From Escherichia phage W22: a stretch of 64,000 nt of DNA. Made by a program: the position numbers and the translations under genes. Position 1 is the first letter of the stretch. Each line of letters starts with the position of its first letter. Location: the sequence record PV159336; one strand, given 5' to 3'. Shown in pieces: positions 19,421 through 29,701 of this stretch. The notes below the pieces were generated by a model, which did not search any database, was not told the DNA's origin, and worked only from the letters and a program-made list of their open reading frames with translations.

Positions 19421-20050
19421 ATGGCAGTGAGTGTTGACCATGTGACAACGTGGGATAGTATCAATGAAGATGTTAAAGACCTACTGATTGAAGATTTTAA
19501 ATCTTCTCCGAACATTGTCAAACTACTCTATATCATTTCTAGCGAAAAACAAAAGATAGATCAGGCAATGATCTATCTTGCCAAACACCGCTTAATCTCT
19601 ACTGCAACTGGTAAGTATTTAGATCTTATTGGTGAAGAGATGGGGATGGAAAGAAATGGTGCTACGGATGAAGAGTATCGTACAATATTAAAAATCAGGG
19701 CTTATCGTGTTGCGTCTTCTGGTACGCGAGATGATATCATTGATATGTTCGCTCGTTTTACAGGAACAGAAAAAGAAACGATTAATACATACGTTGGATT
19801 AAATAAAACATTCGACGTATTCTTTTATAATTTGTGTCTACAATCCGATCAGGCAGTAGCACAGTTACTTAACGTTTTCCCGATCCTAAGTAGTTATCGC
19901 TTAGGTGCGAAAGCGGGTGCAGCCTTTGGTTTCACTTCCTACTATGCCACAAAGCCACCTCATGGTATAGGTGGTTTAGGTTCTCTTTACACAGAGGCTG
20001 AAGGAGATGATACAGGGCGAATGACTATGCTGATAGCTCAAATAGAATAA
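19421..20050 (+). CDS. putative baseplate/tail protein (gpI-like position)
   Basis: 209 aa ORF directly after J-like gene; synteny only. Confidence 0.3.
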   Translation: MAVSVDHVTTWDSINEDVKDLLIEDFKSSPNIVKLLYIISSEKQKIDQAMIYLAKHRLISTATGKYLDLIGEEMGMERNGATDEEYRTILKIRAYRVASSGTRDDIIDMFARFTGTEKETINTYVGLNKTFDVFFYNLCLQSDQAVAQLLNVFPILSSYRLGAKAGAAFGFTSYYATKPPHGIGGLGSLYTEAEGDDTGRMTMLIAQIE

Positions 20051-20063
20051 GGAGTTACCCTTA

Positions 20064-21044
20064 ATGGCAAAGCCACAATACTACCCTGACTGGGCGACAC
20101 AAACAGTAACCCTCCCAGGAACGGGAAACACAAACAAGATTAGACCAAAAGAAACCATCCGTAATGTTGGTATGGACTTTGGTCAGATTATGACTTGTGA
20201 AGAAATGAACTGGATCTTAAACAATATTGGGTCTTGGATTCGCTATATGCAAGATGAATTCTTCCCAACATTGCCTACTACATATCTTCCTATAGTCGGT
20301 ACTAAAATTACAATGGCAGGTGATGCTACAGGTGAAGTTACATGGAATGGTAATGCTGCTGTAACATTATCTATTCAAGTCGTAGATAACAGCCATAATC
20401 ACTTATCAGCTAACATTACAGACGCAACATCAAACCAAGTTGTAGGGAATGTCCTTGTTAAACGTGATAATGGTGGTGCTATCTATGCAGGTGATATTTA
20501 CACTTGTGGTACAGGTGCTACAGATCCTGCAACATTATTTTTTAGAAACTATAATGGACAAACAGTAGGCAATATGTCTTCTGAACCAGGTGCAGGTGGT
20601 CAACTCTATATTTATAGAATAAATCCATCTACTGGAGGAACATCTTGTGGAGTTCGTTTGTATGATGCAGGTTATGTTTTAATAGACAACCCTCGCTCTA
20701 ATTCTGGTCAAGATACTGGCAATGGTAATGCTCTTGTAAGATTAGATTATCTTAACTCAAGACTAAACTCATTGCAAAGCACACTGCAAAATAACATTAA
20801 CAACGTTAATAGTAACTTGCAAGGCCAAATTAATAACATTAACAATAGAGTTTCTTCTGTTGTGTCTTCTATCCGTCTAGGTACACGTATTAAAGCTGGT
20901 GTATCTGAATCTCCTTTCTATGCTGGTCACGTGATCACAGGCTGGGGTTTTGGTGATAAGAAAGAACTTCGTGGTGCTTGGTATTGGTCTGCTCCGCTAC
21001 AATATTACATTAATGGTAGGTGGATAACAGTAACCAACGTTTAG
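20064..21044 (+). CDS. tail fiber protein
   Basis: 326 aa, Gly/Asn-rich with NINNVNSNLQGQINNINNR coiled segment; followed by putative assembly chaperone. Confidence 0.45.
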   Translation: MAKPQYYPDWATQTVTLPGTGNTNKIRPKETIRNVGMDFGQIMTCEEMNWILNNIGSWIRYMQDEFFPTLPTTYLPIVGTKITMAGDATGEVTWNGNAAVTLSIQVVDNSHNHLSANITDATSNQVVGNVLVKRDNGGAIYAGDIYTCGTGATDPATLFFRNYNGQTVGNMSSEPGAGGQLYIYRINPSTGGTSCGVRLYDAGYVLIDNPRSNSGQDTGNGNALVRLDYLNSRLNSLQSTLQNNINNVNSNLQGQINNINNRVSSVVSSIRLGTRIKAGVSESPFYAGHVITGWGFGDKKELRGAWYWSAPLQYYINGRWITVTNV

Positions 21045-21056
21045 TAAGGAGAACAC

Positions 21057-21608
21057 ATGAAAAAAGATGTTATTTACACTGGCTTTGAACTATATCAACC
21101 AGAATTGACAGAAGAAAATGTCATGTATCTTTCAATAGGTGCTGGTTTTCTTAAAGATAAAGATGGTAATGATTGGTACGAAATTCAGAAATATTTATCC
21201 AAAAATTACCCTGATGCCTATTTCTTAACTCTAGATCACAACAATGTAGTTGTTGCAGTTACGAAAGATGTTTCTACATATTTTCCTGCTGGTCTTACTG
21301 TTCTTGTAACGTATAATGTTCCAGATAAAATAGAAGAAGAAAGCAATCTAGGATCGTGGAAATATGATAATGGTAAGTTTATTTCTTATAATGGGTTTGC
21401 AATAGAAGATGCCAACCTTAAAATGGAAAAAGAATTAACTTGGGCCACAAATCAAATATCTGCAATGCAAGATTTAGAGGAATTACAAGGTTTATCTGAA
21501 GAACAAAAAGATTGGTTAGGAAAAGTTAAACTATATCGTGCAACACTGATTCAAATTAACGTTGAAGATGCACCTAATATAACTTGGCCTACAAGACCTA
21601 AGAAATAG
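21057..21608 (+). CDS. putative tail fiber assembly chaperone
   Basis: 183 aa acidic protein immediately after fiber gene; synteny only. Confidence 0.3.
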   Translation: MKKDVIYTGFELYQPELTEENVMYLSIGAGFLKDKDGNDWYEIQKYLSKNYPDAYFLTLDHNNVVVAVTKDVSTYFPAGLTVLVTYNVPDKIEEESNLGSWKYDNGKFISYNGFAIEDANLKMEKELTWATNQISAMQDLEELQGLSEEQKDWLGKVKLYRATLIQINVEDAPNITWPTRPKK

Positions 21609-21617
21609 GGGTAATGT

Positions 21618-21959
21618 ATGGAGCTAACAGAAGTATGGGATATCGCTAAAGAGGCGATTATCCCTCTTATTGGTGTAATCTGGGTGGTCTTCAAACAGAA
21701 GATAGATGATATGGCAAGTGATTTGGATAAAATGGAAGACAAATACCGTGAACTAGAAAAGAAGTTGGTGTTTGTTGAATCCACTTATGCTACCAAAGCA
21801 GAACTTGCTCAAATGCTTAACCAGATCAACTCTACATTAATGGCAAATAATACTGCCTTAGAACAGAAGATTGAAAAAATAATGGATTTAAAAAATGCTC
21901 CTGTTCAATTAATGCTAGAGGAGATTACGAAGCGCACACAAAGTAAGGACAAAAATTAA
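21618..21959 (+). CDS. hypothetical coiled-coil protein
   Basis: 113 aa, N-terminal hydrophobic helix then coiled coil. Confidence 0.35.
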   Translation: MELTEVWDIAKEAIIPLIGVIWVVFKQKIDDMASDLDKMEDKYRELEKKLVFVESTYATKAELAQMLNQINSTLMANNTALEQKIEKIMDLKNAPVQLMLEEITKRTQSKDKN

Positions 21960-24373
21960 TGGCGAATTTTCCAACATATCCTGCTACGACACTAGAACAA
22001 GGTGTTGATCTGGTTATATTCTCGTCTAACCAGATGCATGATGTTATTAACGGGGATGCTACAGCAACTGTAGAAACCGAAACAGGTTTAATACCTACAC
22101 TGCGTAAAGCACTTGTTGATAACTTCTTCTTTAAGAGTCCTGTTGCTTGGTCAGCAGGATCAACTGAAACTGTATTTAACCAGTTACGTTATTTTGAAAA
22201 CGGTATCTTGAGTGGGTACTACTATGCCCCATCTGCCACTACTGCGAACCCTGTACCTATGCAGGGTACACCTGTAGGAGACAGTAACTGGACTCTGTAC
22301 GCTCTTAAAACTGAACAGTTAGCTTCAGATGTGTATCCTTGGTATTTTAAAGGTGCTACAGGATATGAAACAGAAATCAGTCCTCCTTATATCTTTGATA
22401 ATGCTATTGTCACCATTAACGGTGTAATTCAGATTCAAGGTGAAGCATTTACTATCAAAGATAGTAAAATTATTCTGGCAGAACCATTAGGTTTAGATCC
22501 GTCTACTGGGCTACCTAACAAATTGTTTGCTTTTATTGGTAAAACAACAGCCTCTACTTCTTACGTAGAGAAAAACCTTTTGTCATCTACCACTGGTGCA
22601 GCAATGGTTGGTCTTCCATCTGGAGGCAACCTGTTACAAGCTCAATACTTTGTAACGCCTGAACAGTTTGGTGCAATTGGTGATGGAGTTACCGATGATA
22701 CTCAAGCAATTTTAAAAACCATTACTTTCGCTAACACGAATAACATTCAAGTACGTGCAGATAAGAATTATAGATTCACAAGCTCAATTGCTATGTCTGG
22801 TATTCGTTGGTATGGTGGTACATTCACTGGTAACGGTGGAACAATGATTTCTACTGTGTCCTGTTGGATTGAAAACGTTCGCTTTGAAAAATGTTATGTT
22901 AAGATGTTAGGTGGGGATTGCCGATTCTATCGTAATATCTTCTCCAACGCAACATCTACAGCAGCATTCTTAATGCAAGCGATGACAAGTGAAGGTACGT
23001 TGGACTTCAGTTACAACGAAATGTATGGTTGTAAATATGCGATCCTGCAACAAGGTACTGGAGAAGTAATGACCTATGGGCGTTACTCTAACAACTACAT
23101 TCACGATATCAAAGGTGATGCTATTGAACTTAACGTAGTTCAAAAACACTACACTGAAGGTTTGATCATCGAGAATAACCACATTGCTAACGTAGATGCT
23201 TCTGGACAAGGGGCAAACTGGGGTATTGGTATTGGTGTAGCAGGTAGTGGCCCATATGGTGTTGATGCTCCTGATTCACAATATGTACGTAACTTCAGTA
23301 TCGTTGGGAATAGGGTTTACAATTGCCGTCAATGTTTACACGTTGAAATGGGTAAAAACTTTACGATACGTGATAATGAAGTTTATCCTAACACAGCAGT
23401 TTCAACAGGTACAGGTTTAACTACTTGTGGTGTTGCATTATACGGATGCCAAGACTTTGAAGTTGATGGTTTAACTGGTTATCTGCTTAATGATCCGTCT
23501 GTTTCAACACGCATGGTCTTTATTGACTGGGGTGTTAACAGTGGAAGATATGCGGGGCCACCAATTAACTTTACAATTAAGAATTTGGATATTCCAGAAT
23601 CTTCAATTGAAATTGCAACGGCTGGATCAGATGCCTGGGAAAACTCTACAATTGTTAGTAACATCAATTGTAATGTTTTTAAATGGCGTGGACTACCATC
23701 TAGCTCTACCTTTAATAATATTCGTTGCCGTAGTATTGACTTTATTGGTCAACACGGAAGCGGAGAAGGAAGTGGTGGCGGTTTCTATACTCGCAGCCAA
23801 TTCACTTATATGAAGTGGGTAGGATGTACAGCACTTAGCGGAGATGAAACAACAGTTTCTTTTGCTAAAATCTACACGGATCGTTGCGATCAGGTTGGAA
23901 ATAACTTTGGTGTTCCAACTGCTGTTGATGGTACAGGTCATCGTGGGCCAGTCTTAACCACTATTTCTGAACAATATTTTACAGATTATGATGAATTCCC
24001 AGGTGGGCGTGACTTCCCTACTGGAACAGTTATTCATTGTGCAAGCGGTAAAAAACACGTTGTTACAGTAGGTGGTGCTTTCTTTAGTAATAATGAGAAA
24101 ATAAAAGCAACTGTTACAGGTCAAACCTATCTACAGTCTAATGCTTTAAACTGGGCTAGTAATGGCTACGCTAAAGCGGCAGGTACTAAGATTGTTATTC
24201 CAGGTGCAGGAGCAAATGGTGGCGATCTTGTGACAACTATAGCACGTGCTACGTATGTGACAAATAGTTTGTACACAATAGATATTGCAGATCCAATTGT
24301 AACACCTACAGCAGAGAATACACAAATTAAAGCTCTGAACCCTGTTACTTTTGTTACTGTCAATAATGCTTAA
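21959..24373 (+). CDS. tailspike with pectate-lyase-like right-handed beta-helix (putative polysaccharide depolymerase)
   Basis: 804 aa; motif VTPEQFGAIGDGVTDDTQAIL characteristic of pectate_lyase_3-type tailspikes. Confidence 0.6.
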   Translation: MANFPTYPATTLEQGVDLVIFSSNQMHDVINGDATATVETETGLIPTLRKALVDNFFFKSPVAWSAGSTETVFNQLRYFENGILSGYYYAPSATTANPVPMQGTPVGDSNWTLYALKTEQLASDVYPWYFKGATGYETEISPPYIFDNAIVTINGVIQIQGEAFTIKDSKIILAEPLGLDPSTGLPNKLFAFIGKTTASTSYVEKNLLSSTTGAAMVGLPSGGNLLQAQYFVTPEQFGAIGDGVTDDTQAILKTITFANTNNIQVRADKNYRFTSSIAMSGIRWYGGTFTGNGGTMISTVSCWIENVRFEKCYVKMLGGDCRFYRNIFSNATSTAAFLMQAMTSEGTLDFSYNEMYGCKYAILQQGTGEVMTYGRYSNNYIHDIKGDAIELNVVQKHYTEGLIIENNHIANVDASGQGANWGIGIGVAGSGPYGVDAPDSQYVRNFSIVGNRVYNCRQCLHVEMGKNFTIRDNEVYPNTAVSTGTGLTTCGVALYGCQDFEVDGLTGYLLNDPSVSTRMVFIDWGVNSGRYAGPPINFTIKNLDIPESSIEIATAGSDAWENSTIVSNINCNVFKWRGLPSSSTFNNIRCRSIDFIGQHGSGEGSGGGFYTRSQFTYMKWVGCTALSGDETTVSFAKIYTDRCDQVGNNFGVPTAVDGTGHRGPVLTTISEQYFTDYDEFPGGRDFPTGTVIHCASGKKHVVTVGGAFFSNNEKIKATVTGQTYLQSNALNWASNGYAKAAGTKIVIPGAGANGGDLVTTIARATYVTNSLYTIDIADPIVTPTAENTQIKALNPVTFVTVNNA

Positions 24374-24376
24374 TTA

Positions 24377-24399
24377 AAAGGGGCGAAAGCCCCTTTATA
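24377..24399 (+). terminator. rho-independent terminator
   Basis: AAAGGGGC-GAAA-GCCCCTTT hairpin after stop. Confidence 0.5.
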
Positions 24400-24413
24400 A
24401 AAGGAGTAGTAAA

Positions 24414-26375
24414 GTGATTTTAACACGTCCAAATAGTGCCATTGCAGACATGGTAGAGTCTCGCTATAGAAAGCGTAGAAGTTTTGCAAGTGGTTTTACC
24501 TTAAGAGATGCTCGTGAAGCATTGCTCTTTGAAGCTGACGGTAACTACTATCAGTGGAAAGGCTCTCTACCTAAAGTTGTACCTGCTAACTCTACTCCTA
24601 CATCTACTGGAGGGATTTCAGATACAGCTTGGAAAAATGTGGGTAATGCAGATGACATTGCTCAAATAGAATCAGAATTAGATGCTATTGAAGCTGAAAT
24701 TGAAGATCTTAGAGAATCCATCCCAGAAGCTGGTAAATCAGCTTACCAGATTGCCGTAGACAATGGTTTCCAAGGTACTGAGACACAGTGGTTGGCTTCT
24801 TTAAAAGGTGATCCAGGTGCTCCATTAAAGCTATTAGGGACACTATCTAATACCAACCAATTACCTACAAGTGGAAACAATGCAGGGGATGCATGGATTG
24901 TAGGCGAGAATATGTATGCTTGGGATGGTACTGCTTGGAGAAAAGTAAACTCACAGGGGCCAGAAGGTAAATCTGCTTATGAAGTATGGCTTGCAGCAGG
25001 AAATGAAGGTACAGAACTAGATTATCTTGCTTCAATTAAAGGTGATAAAGGGGAGCCTGGCCCAGAGGGGCCACAAGGTGTGCCAGGTAATAATGCTAAT
25101 GGTTTTGATTACCAAGGCGCAGCTAATTCCGTTTCAGATCTTCCTTCTGCATCTCATGGAAACACATCTCAAGCATGGAGTGTTGGTACATATCTATACG
25201 TGTCAAACGGTGTAGAATGGATCAATATGGGTGCTATAGTGGGGCCAAAAGGAGATAAAGGCGACAAAGGTGATAAGGGTAACACTGGTGATTCAGCTTA
25301 TCAAGTCTGGTTAAATGCTGGTAACGTTGGTACTATTGATGAATATATTGCCTCTCTGAAAGGAGAAAAAGGTGATAAGGGAGACAAGGGTGATCAAGGT
25401 GCACAGGGTATACAAGGCTTGACGGGGCCAACTGGTGCAGGGTTGACCATTATTGACATTCTTACTAGCACTTCTGAACTACCACAAACTGGAGAAGAGG
25501 GTGATGGTTATCTAATCAATAATGAACTTTGGGTCTGGTTGCAAGGAGCCACAGAGTGGACAAATGTTGGTCGTTTAGCTGGTACTCCAATCACTGCAAA
25601 AGGACACGTTGCGTCTGCAAGTGCACTTCCTCCTACAGCTAATTACGGTGATGCTTATCTGACGGAAGATACAGGTCATCTTTACATTTACACCTATGAT
25701 GAACAAACTCAAACTGCTGAATATGTAGATATGGGTAGTTTGAAAGGTGATAAGGGTGAAAAAGGTGACGCTGGTACTAACGGTACAGACGGTGCAACTT
25801 GGATTGTTAAAACAACAGATCCAATCTCTAGTGATGGTAAACAAGGTGATTATGCCTTTAATATCTCCACTGGCGAGGTGTTCTTAAAAACATCTGCAAC
25901 TGTCTGGACTTCTCAAGGTACACTACCTAGTATCACAGATGCACCTAGTGATGGTAAGACTTATGCTCGTAAAGATGGGGCATGGGAAGAACTCACTAAT
26001 TCTGTAGATGGTCAAGATATAGTTCCAACAAAAGTAACAACTAATTTTATAGAGGTTACAGCATATACCAACAATTCTGTTACAGGCGACTGGACACCTC
26101 CAGGAACACATAACATGAATGTGTTGAATCTTACTGGTAACTCTACTATAAAAGCATGGCCTGGTGTCGAAGATAGCACAAAACCTAAACCATTCTCTGC
26201 AATAGTTTATCTTATCCAAGATGCCACTGGAGGTCATACTGTTACTTTAGATCCATCTTACAAAGTAATTGGTTCTAGTGATATTAATACAGATCCTAAC
26301 GGAGTAACAATACTACAACTAACATATTGTGGTGTTGGCGATTACGTGGATGCTATTGTTGCTAAACGCACATAA
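24414..26375 (+). CDS. tail fiber protein with collagen-like triple-helix repeats
   Basis: 653 aa, GTG start after AAAGGAG; Gly-X-Y runs (GPKGDKGDKGDKGNTGD; KGEKGDKGDKGDQGAQGIQGLTGPTGAG) and three copies of a ~25-aa motif SAYq.w...G.eGT...YLASlKGd. Confidence 0.6.
   Translation: MILTRPNSAIADMVESRYRKRRSFASGFTLRDAREALLFEADGNYYQWKGSLPKVVPANSTPTSTGGISDTAWKNVGNADDIAQIESELDAIEAEIEDLRESIPEAGKSAYQIAVDNGFQGTETQWLASLKGDPGAPLKLLGTLSNTNQLPTSGNNAGDAWIVGENMYAWDGTAWRKVNSQGPEGKSAYEVWLAAGNEGTELDYLASIKGDKGEPGPEGPQGVPGNNANGFDYQGAANSVSDLPSASHGNTSQAWSVGTYLYVSNGVEWINMGAIVGPKGDKGDKGDKGNTGDSAYQVWLNAGNVGTIDEYIASLKGEKGDKGDKGDQGAQGIQGLTGPTGAGLTIIDILTSTSELPQTGEEGDGYLINNELWVWLQGATEWTNVGRLAGTPITAKGHVASASALPPTANYGDAYLTEDTGHLYIYTYDEQTQTAEYVDMGSLKGDKGEKGDAGTNGTDGATWIVKTTDPISSDGKQGDYAFNISTGEVFLKTSATVWTSQGTLPSITDAPSDGKTYARKDGAWEELTNSVDGQDIVPTKVTTNFIEVTAYTNNSVTGDWTPPGTHNMNVLNLTGNSTIKAWPGVEDSTKPKPFSAIVYLIQDATGGHTVTLDPSYKVIGSSDINTDPNGVTILQLTYCGVGDYVDAIVAKRT
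25038..25439 (+). repeat. collagen-like Gly-X-Y triplet repeats (interrupted) inside tail fiber CDS
   Basis: Repeated GGTGATAAAGG/GGAGAAAAAGG codon units encoding G-D-K/G-E-K triplets. Confidence 0.55.
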
Positions 26376-26377
26376 TC

Positions 26378-26404
26378 AAAGCCCCTTCGGGGGCTTATTA
26401 TTTA
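26378..26404 (+). terminator. rho-independent terminator
   Basis: AAAGCCCC-TTCG-GGGGCTT hairpin followed by ATTATTT. Confidence 0.5.
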
Positions 26405-26414
26405 AGGAGATTAA

Positions 26415-29234
26415 ATGTATCCTATTCCTTTATTTATGTCAACAACATCAGCTTCAGTAGTAACAGCTACATCTATAACCACTTCCTCTATTGGTATTGC
26501 AATAGTTGGTAGTAAAAAGCAACTGACATACACAGTTTCACCGGAAGATGGTGCGTTATTTGATATAGCTTTTTCATCTTCAGATAATACCAAAATGGTT
26601 ATAGATAATAACGGTATGATGGAGTTTGTTGCTGAAGGCGGTTTTGATGCAATAATGACAGCTAAAAATAATTTAGGTGCTGTCTTAACTGATCAGTCTG
26701 GTGGCTATGCTTCAGAATTAAGTGTGTACACTGAAAGTCTGTCTGCTATGGATGCAGGAACTACTCAACAATTGGTTGCTACAATCAGTCCAGAAGGTGC
26801 TAAAGACCTTCCAGACATGGTAATTACGTACACCACAACAGATCCAGAAGTAGCTACTGTAAGCCCTACAGGATTAATAACTGCTCTTAAAGATGGCAGT
26901 TGCCGTATAGGTTGCACTGCAACTTATCAAGGAACAGTGGTGGCCTCTGATAGTTCTTATTTAGGTGTTAATGCTGTTCCTGTTATTTCTAATGTAACAG
27001 CCGTGGCAAACAGCTATGGAGACATTCGTGTTGCTTGGGATGTAGCTGATCCGCTAGATGGTGATACTTATACTGTAGAAGTATTAGATTTAAGTAATAA
27101 CAGTGTCCAGTGGACTACAACAACCACGAATACTTACGCCTACTTTGATATCTCTGACTCTATTCCTCTTTATGGGTTTGCTCCAACATACCTTAAAATT
27201 AGCGTTAAGAGCACCAAAGCAGCAGCCGTTATCTTTAATAACTCAATAGCTACAGATGATTCATTCATTAAAGAAGTTATTGTCTTTGCTGGACAAGATA
27301 ACGTAAATGCACACTTTACAGAACTATCTGGTGCAAATAAAGCAGCAATGAGTAGCACAACAGCCCGTAATGCATATGCTACGCAACGTGGTTTAGCAAA
27401 TGCTGAAGTTCTCCCGTTAAATACAGCTTCTGGATCATCAGCAGCAGATAAATATGCAGATGATAAAGCCGGAACAGGTACACCAGACAACTACTGGTAT
27501 GATCTGGATAACACAGCAGATGGGCCATGCTTAACTAACTTTATCACTAAAGTCACACCTTATGCAAGTAAGGTTAAAGCAATTATTTGGGGACAAGGTG
27601 AAAATGATGCTGTATCAGCATCTTCGACTGTTGCAGGAAGATACAGTAACACTACACGTTACCATGATGCTACGATAGCTATCTTTGATAAGATGCGTAC
27701 AATAGTTCCTGCTTCTCAAGCAAAAATTGTTTGGCAGATCCTAGGACGTTCTTATCTGTATGGTGTAGAAGTTAATGGTGTGGATTGGCAGAAATACAGA
27801 AATGTACAAAGAACCATCTCTACAGCACGTGACGATGTTATCATTGGTTCTTGGGTAGATGGTGCTGAACGTTACAGTGGTTATGTTTATGAAGAAGGTA
27901 TTGATGGTCGTATCCATTATATTTCTTCTGTATACCAGACAGCAGCTACAAAACTTGCTAAATCAGCAGCAGACGGTACAGACCTAACATCAACGTCACC
28001 TGTTTGGGTTGATATGGCTGTTCCAACTGGAGCAACAGCTACTTCCCAACCTAATCAAGATACAATCTTAGCATGGGATGCTCAAGGTTATAGTAAACAC
28101 TACTTCCGTAATATTAACGTCTTAACAGCATCTGTATTAACTGAACAAACGCTTAATACGAACAGTTATACGTTTACCTATGCAGATCAAGTAGAACAAT
28201 ATGGTTTTGCAGCAGGTACTACGATATTTGATGTTGCATATTATGACGAAGCAAATGATGTGTTATCTCCTTTAGTACGTTTTAATGTTAGCGTTACAGC
28301 AGGAAAAGTAGAAGATAAACCTGTCGTGATGGACTATGATTTGACGCAAGAAACTCTCCCATCAGATGTTAAGGTTAATGGTGGAAACTCTTTTGCTCGT
28401 GCTTCTGGAGATACACTTGTAGCCACTAACACCTTGGTTGCTCCGTTGGAGTATGTTGGCACTACCCCTGTAGGTAGACGTGTAACAGCTAACACAGCTA
28501 CACAAATTTTTGTCAACAACGCCTTAACAAGCGCAAGCCCGTGGGTAAAGACCAACTTAACTGTTGCAGCTTCATCTGATAAATCTCCGGCTGGAACTAC
28601 TGCTAATGTATTCAAATTAACTCCGACTACAACCTCTGGTAGTCATATCTTAACTGCAACATATACTAACGCGTACAACATATCTGCCGGACGTAACTGG
28701 TCTGCCTCTGTTTTCTTGAAAGCGAACGGGATTACTAAGGCCAAACTAAGATTAAAAGCAGGGACTGAAGTTAATGAAGGTACTTTTGATTTAGCAGCAG
28801 GTACATTCACAGGAAGTGAAGCTAATATTATATCTATGGGCAACGGTTGGTATCGTGCTATTCTGCATAAAACAGGGATAGCCAAACAGTCCTCCATAAG
28901 TTTTGAAATAATTGCCTTGGATGCTACTGGTGCGGAGATTTTCGCTGGGGATGGTACTAGTAACCTTGCAGTTTGGTTGCCACAGCTTGAAGGTGCTTCT
29001 ACAGGAGAAACATCAAAAGCTGGATCGCCTTATGTCTGCACATATCCTGGAAATTTAGGAGGAGTATCCTTCACTATACCAAGGAACGGACATACTGGTG
29101 TGGATGTTTACTATTCCAACGGAGACGTTGTTCGTGACGTATTCTCTGGTACGGCATCTACTTGGACAATAAACTACTCCAGCTTGTACGATTGGGGATC
29201 AGTCTTTATTACAGGTTTGAAATATTACGACTAA
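26415..29234 (+). CDS. tail fiber protein with SGNH/GDSL-type esterase-like domain
   Basis: 939 aa; blocks FAGQDNVNAHF (GxSN-like block I), IIWGQGENDA (GxND block III), DGRIHY (DxxH block V); flanked by beta-rich regions. Confidence 0.5.
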   Translation: MYPIPLFMSTTSASVVTATSITTSSIGIAIVGSKKQLTYTVSPEDGALFDIAFSSSDNTKMVIDNNGMMEFVAEGGFDAIMTAKNNLGAVLTDQSGGYASELSVYTESLSAMDAGTTQQLVATISPEGAKDLPDMVITYTTTDPEVATVSPTGLITALKDGSCRIGCTATYQGTVVASDSSYLGVNAVPVISNVTAVANSYGDIRVAWDVADPLDGDTYTVEVLDLSNNSVQWTTTTTNTYAYFDISDSIPLYGFAPTYLKISVKSTKAAAVIFNNSIATDDSFIKEVIVFAGQDNVNAHFTELSGANKAAMSSTTARNAYATQRGLANAEVLPLNTASGSSAADKYADDKAGTGTPDNYWYDLDNTADGPCLTNFITKVTPYASKVKAIIWGQGENDAVSASSTVAGRYSNTTRYHDATIAIFDKMRTIVPASQAKIVWQILGRSYLYGVEVNGVDWQKYRNVQRTISTARDDVIIGSWVDGAERYSGYVYEEGIDGRIHYISSVYQTAATKLAKSAADGTDLTSTSPVWVDMAVPTGATATSQPNQDTILAWDAQGYSKHYFRNINVLTASVLTEQTLNTNSYTFTYADQVEQYGFAAGTTIFDVAYYDEANDVLSPLVRFNVSVTAGKVEDKPVVMDYDLTQETLPSDVKVNGGNSFARASGDTLVATNTLVAPLEYVGTTPVGRRVTANTATQIFVNNALTSASPWVKTNLTVAASSDKSPAGTTANVFKLTPTTTSGSHILTATYTNAYNISAGRNWSASVFLKANGITKAKLRLKAGTEVNEGTFDLAAGTFTGSEANIISMGNGWYRAILHKTGIAKQSSISFEIIALDATGAEIFAGDGTSNLAVWLPQLEGASTGETSKAGSPYVCTYPGNLGGVSFTIPRNGHTGVDVYYSNGDVVRDVFSGTASTWTINYSSLYDWGSVFITGLKYYD

Positions 29235-29237
29235 TAA

Positions 29238-29266
29238 AAAAGGAGCCATTAGGCTCCTTTTCTTTT
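29238..29266. terminator. bidirectional terminator between convergent late (+) and early (-) modules
   Basis: AAAAAGGAGCC-ATTA-GGCTCCTTTTCTTTT hairpin with A-run upstream and T-run downstream. Confidence 0.6.
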
Positions 29267-29269
29267 ATC

Positions 29270-29701
29270 TTAATCAGTGAAAATTACGCTCACATCTTCT
29301 TTAGAGAAGAGTTTATGATCTTCGCCTTTTGTCTCAAGAGTTTCATACAGGTTAAGAAGTTCTGAAACATCTTTCTCTACCAGTTTCTTCAATGTTGCAA
29401 TTTTCTGTTTGCGACTCTTAATACGTTCAGCTACAACCTTACGTTGGTATCCAGCAGTACGATAACCTGAGAAAGTTACACCAGTAAGACTTGCAGTTAC
29501 AGGATCGTAGTGACGTTCAATCTGAAATTTATTAAAAGGTACAGCGTCATCACGAATAATCTTACCGCCATTACTTACTTGACGAAGACCAGTAACTTGT
29601 TCCAGTCGTGCCATAGAAATCTTTGGAGACAGACCAGAGTCCAAATTCATACCGTTGTTAATCAGTGCTTTCAGGGTGATTTTGCTGTTCATTGTACTCA
29701 T
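29270..29701 (-). CDS. hypothetical protein linked to DNA methyltransferase
   Basis: 143 aa; own strong RBS (GGAGGA) embedded in 3' end of MTase gene, 44-nt overlap. Confidence 0.45.
   Translation of the reverse strand: MSTMNSKITLKALINNGMNLDSGLSPKISMARLEQVTGLRQVSNGGKIIRDDAVPFNKFQIERHYDPVTASLTGVTFSGYRTAGYQRKVVAERIKSRKQKIATLKKLVEKDVSELLNLYETLETKGEDHKLFSKEDVSVIFTD

Noticed and set aside
25038-25439. Short tandem DNA repeats considered as a possible CRISPR-like or satellite array
   Set aside because: Repeats are in-frame Gly-X-Y codon triplets inside a long ORF, have no spacer-repeat periodicity, and encode collagen-like sequence.
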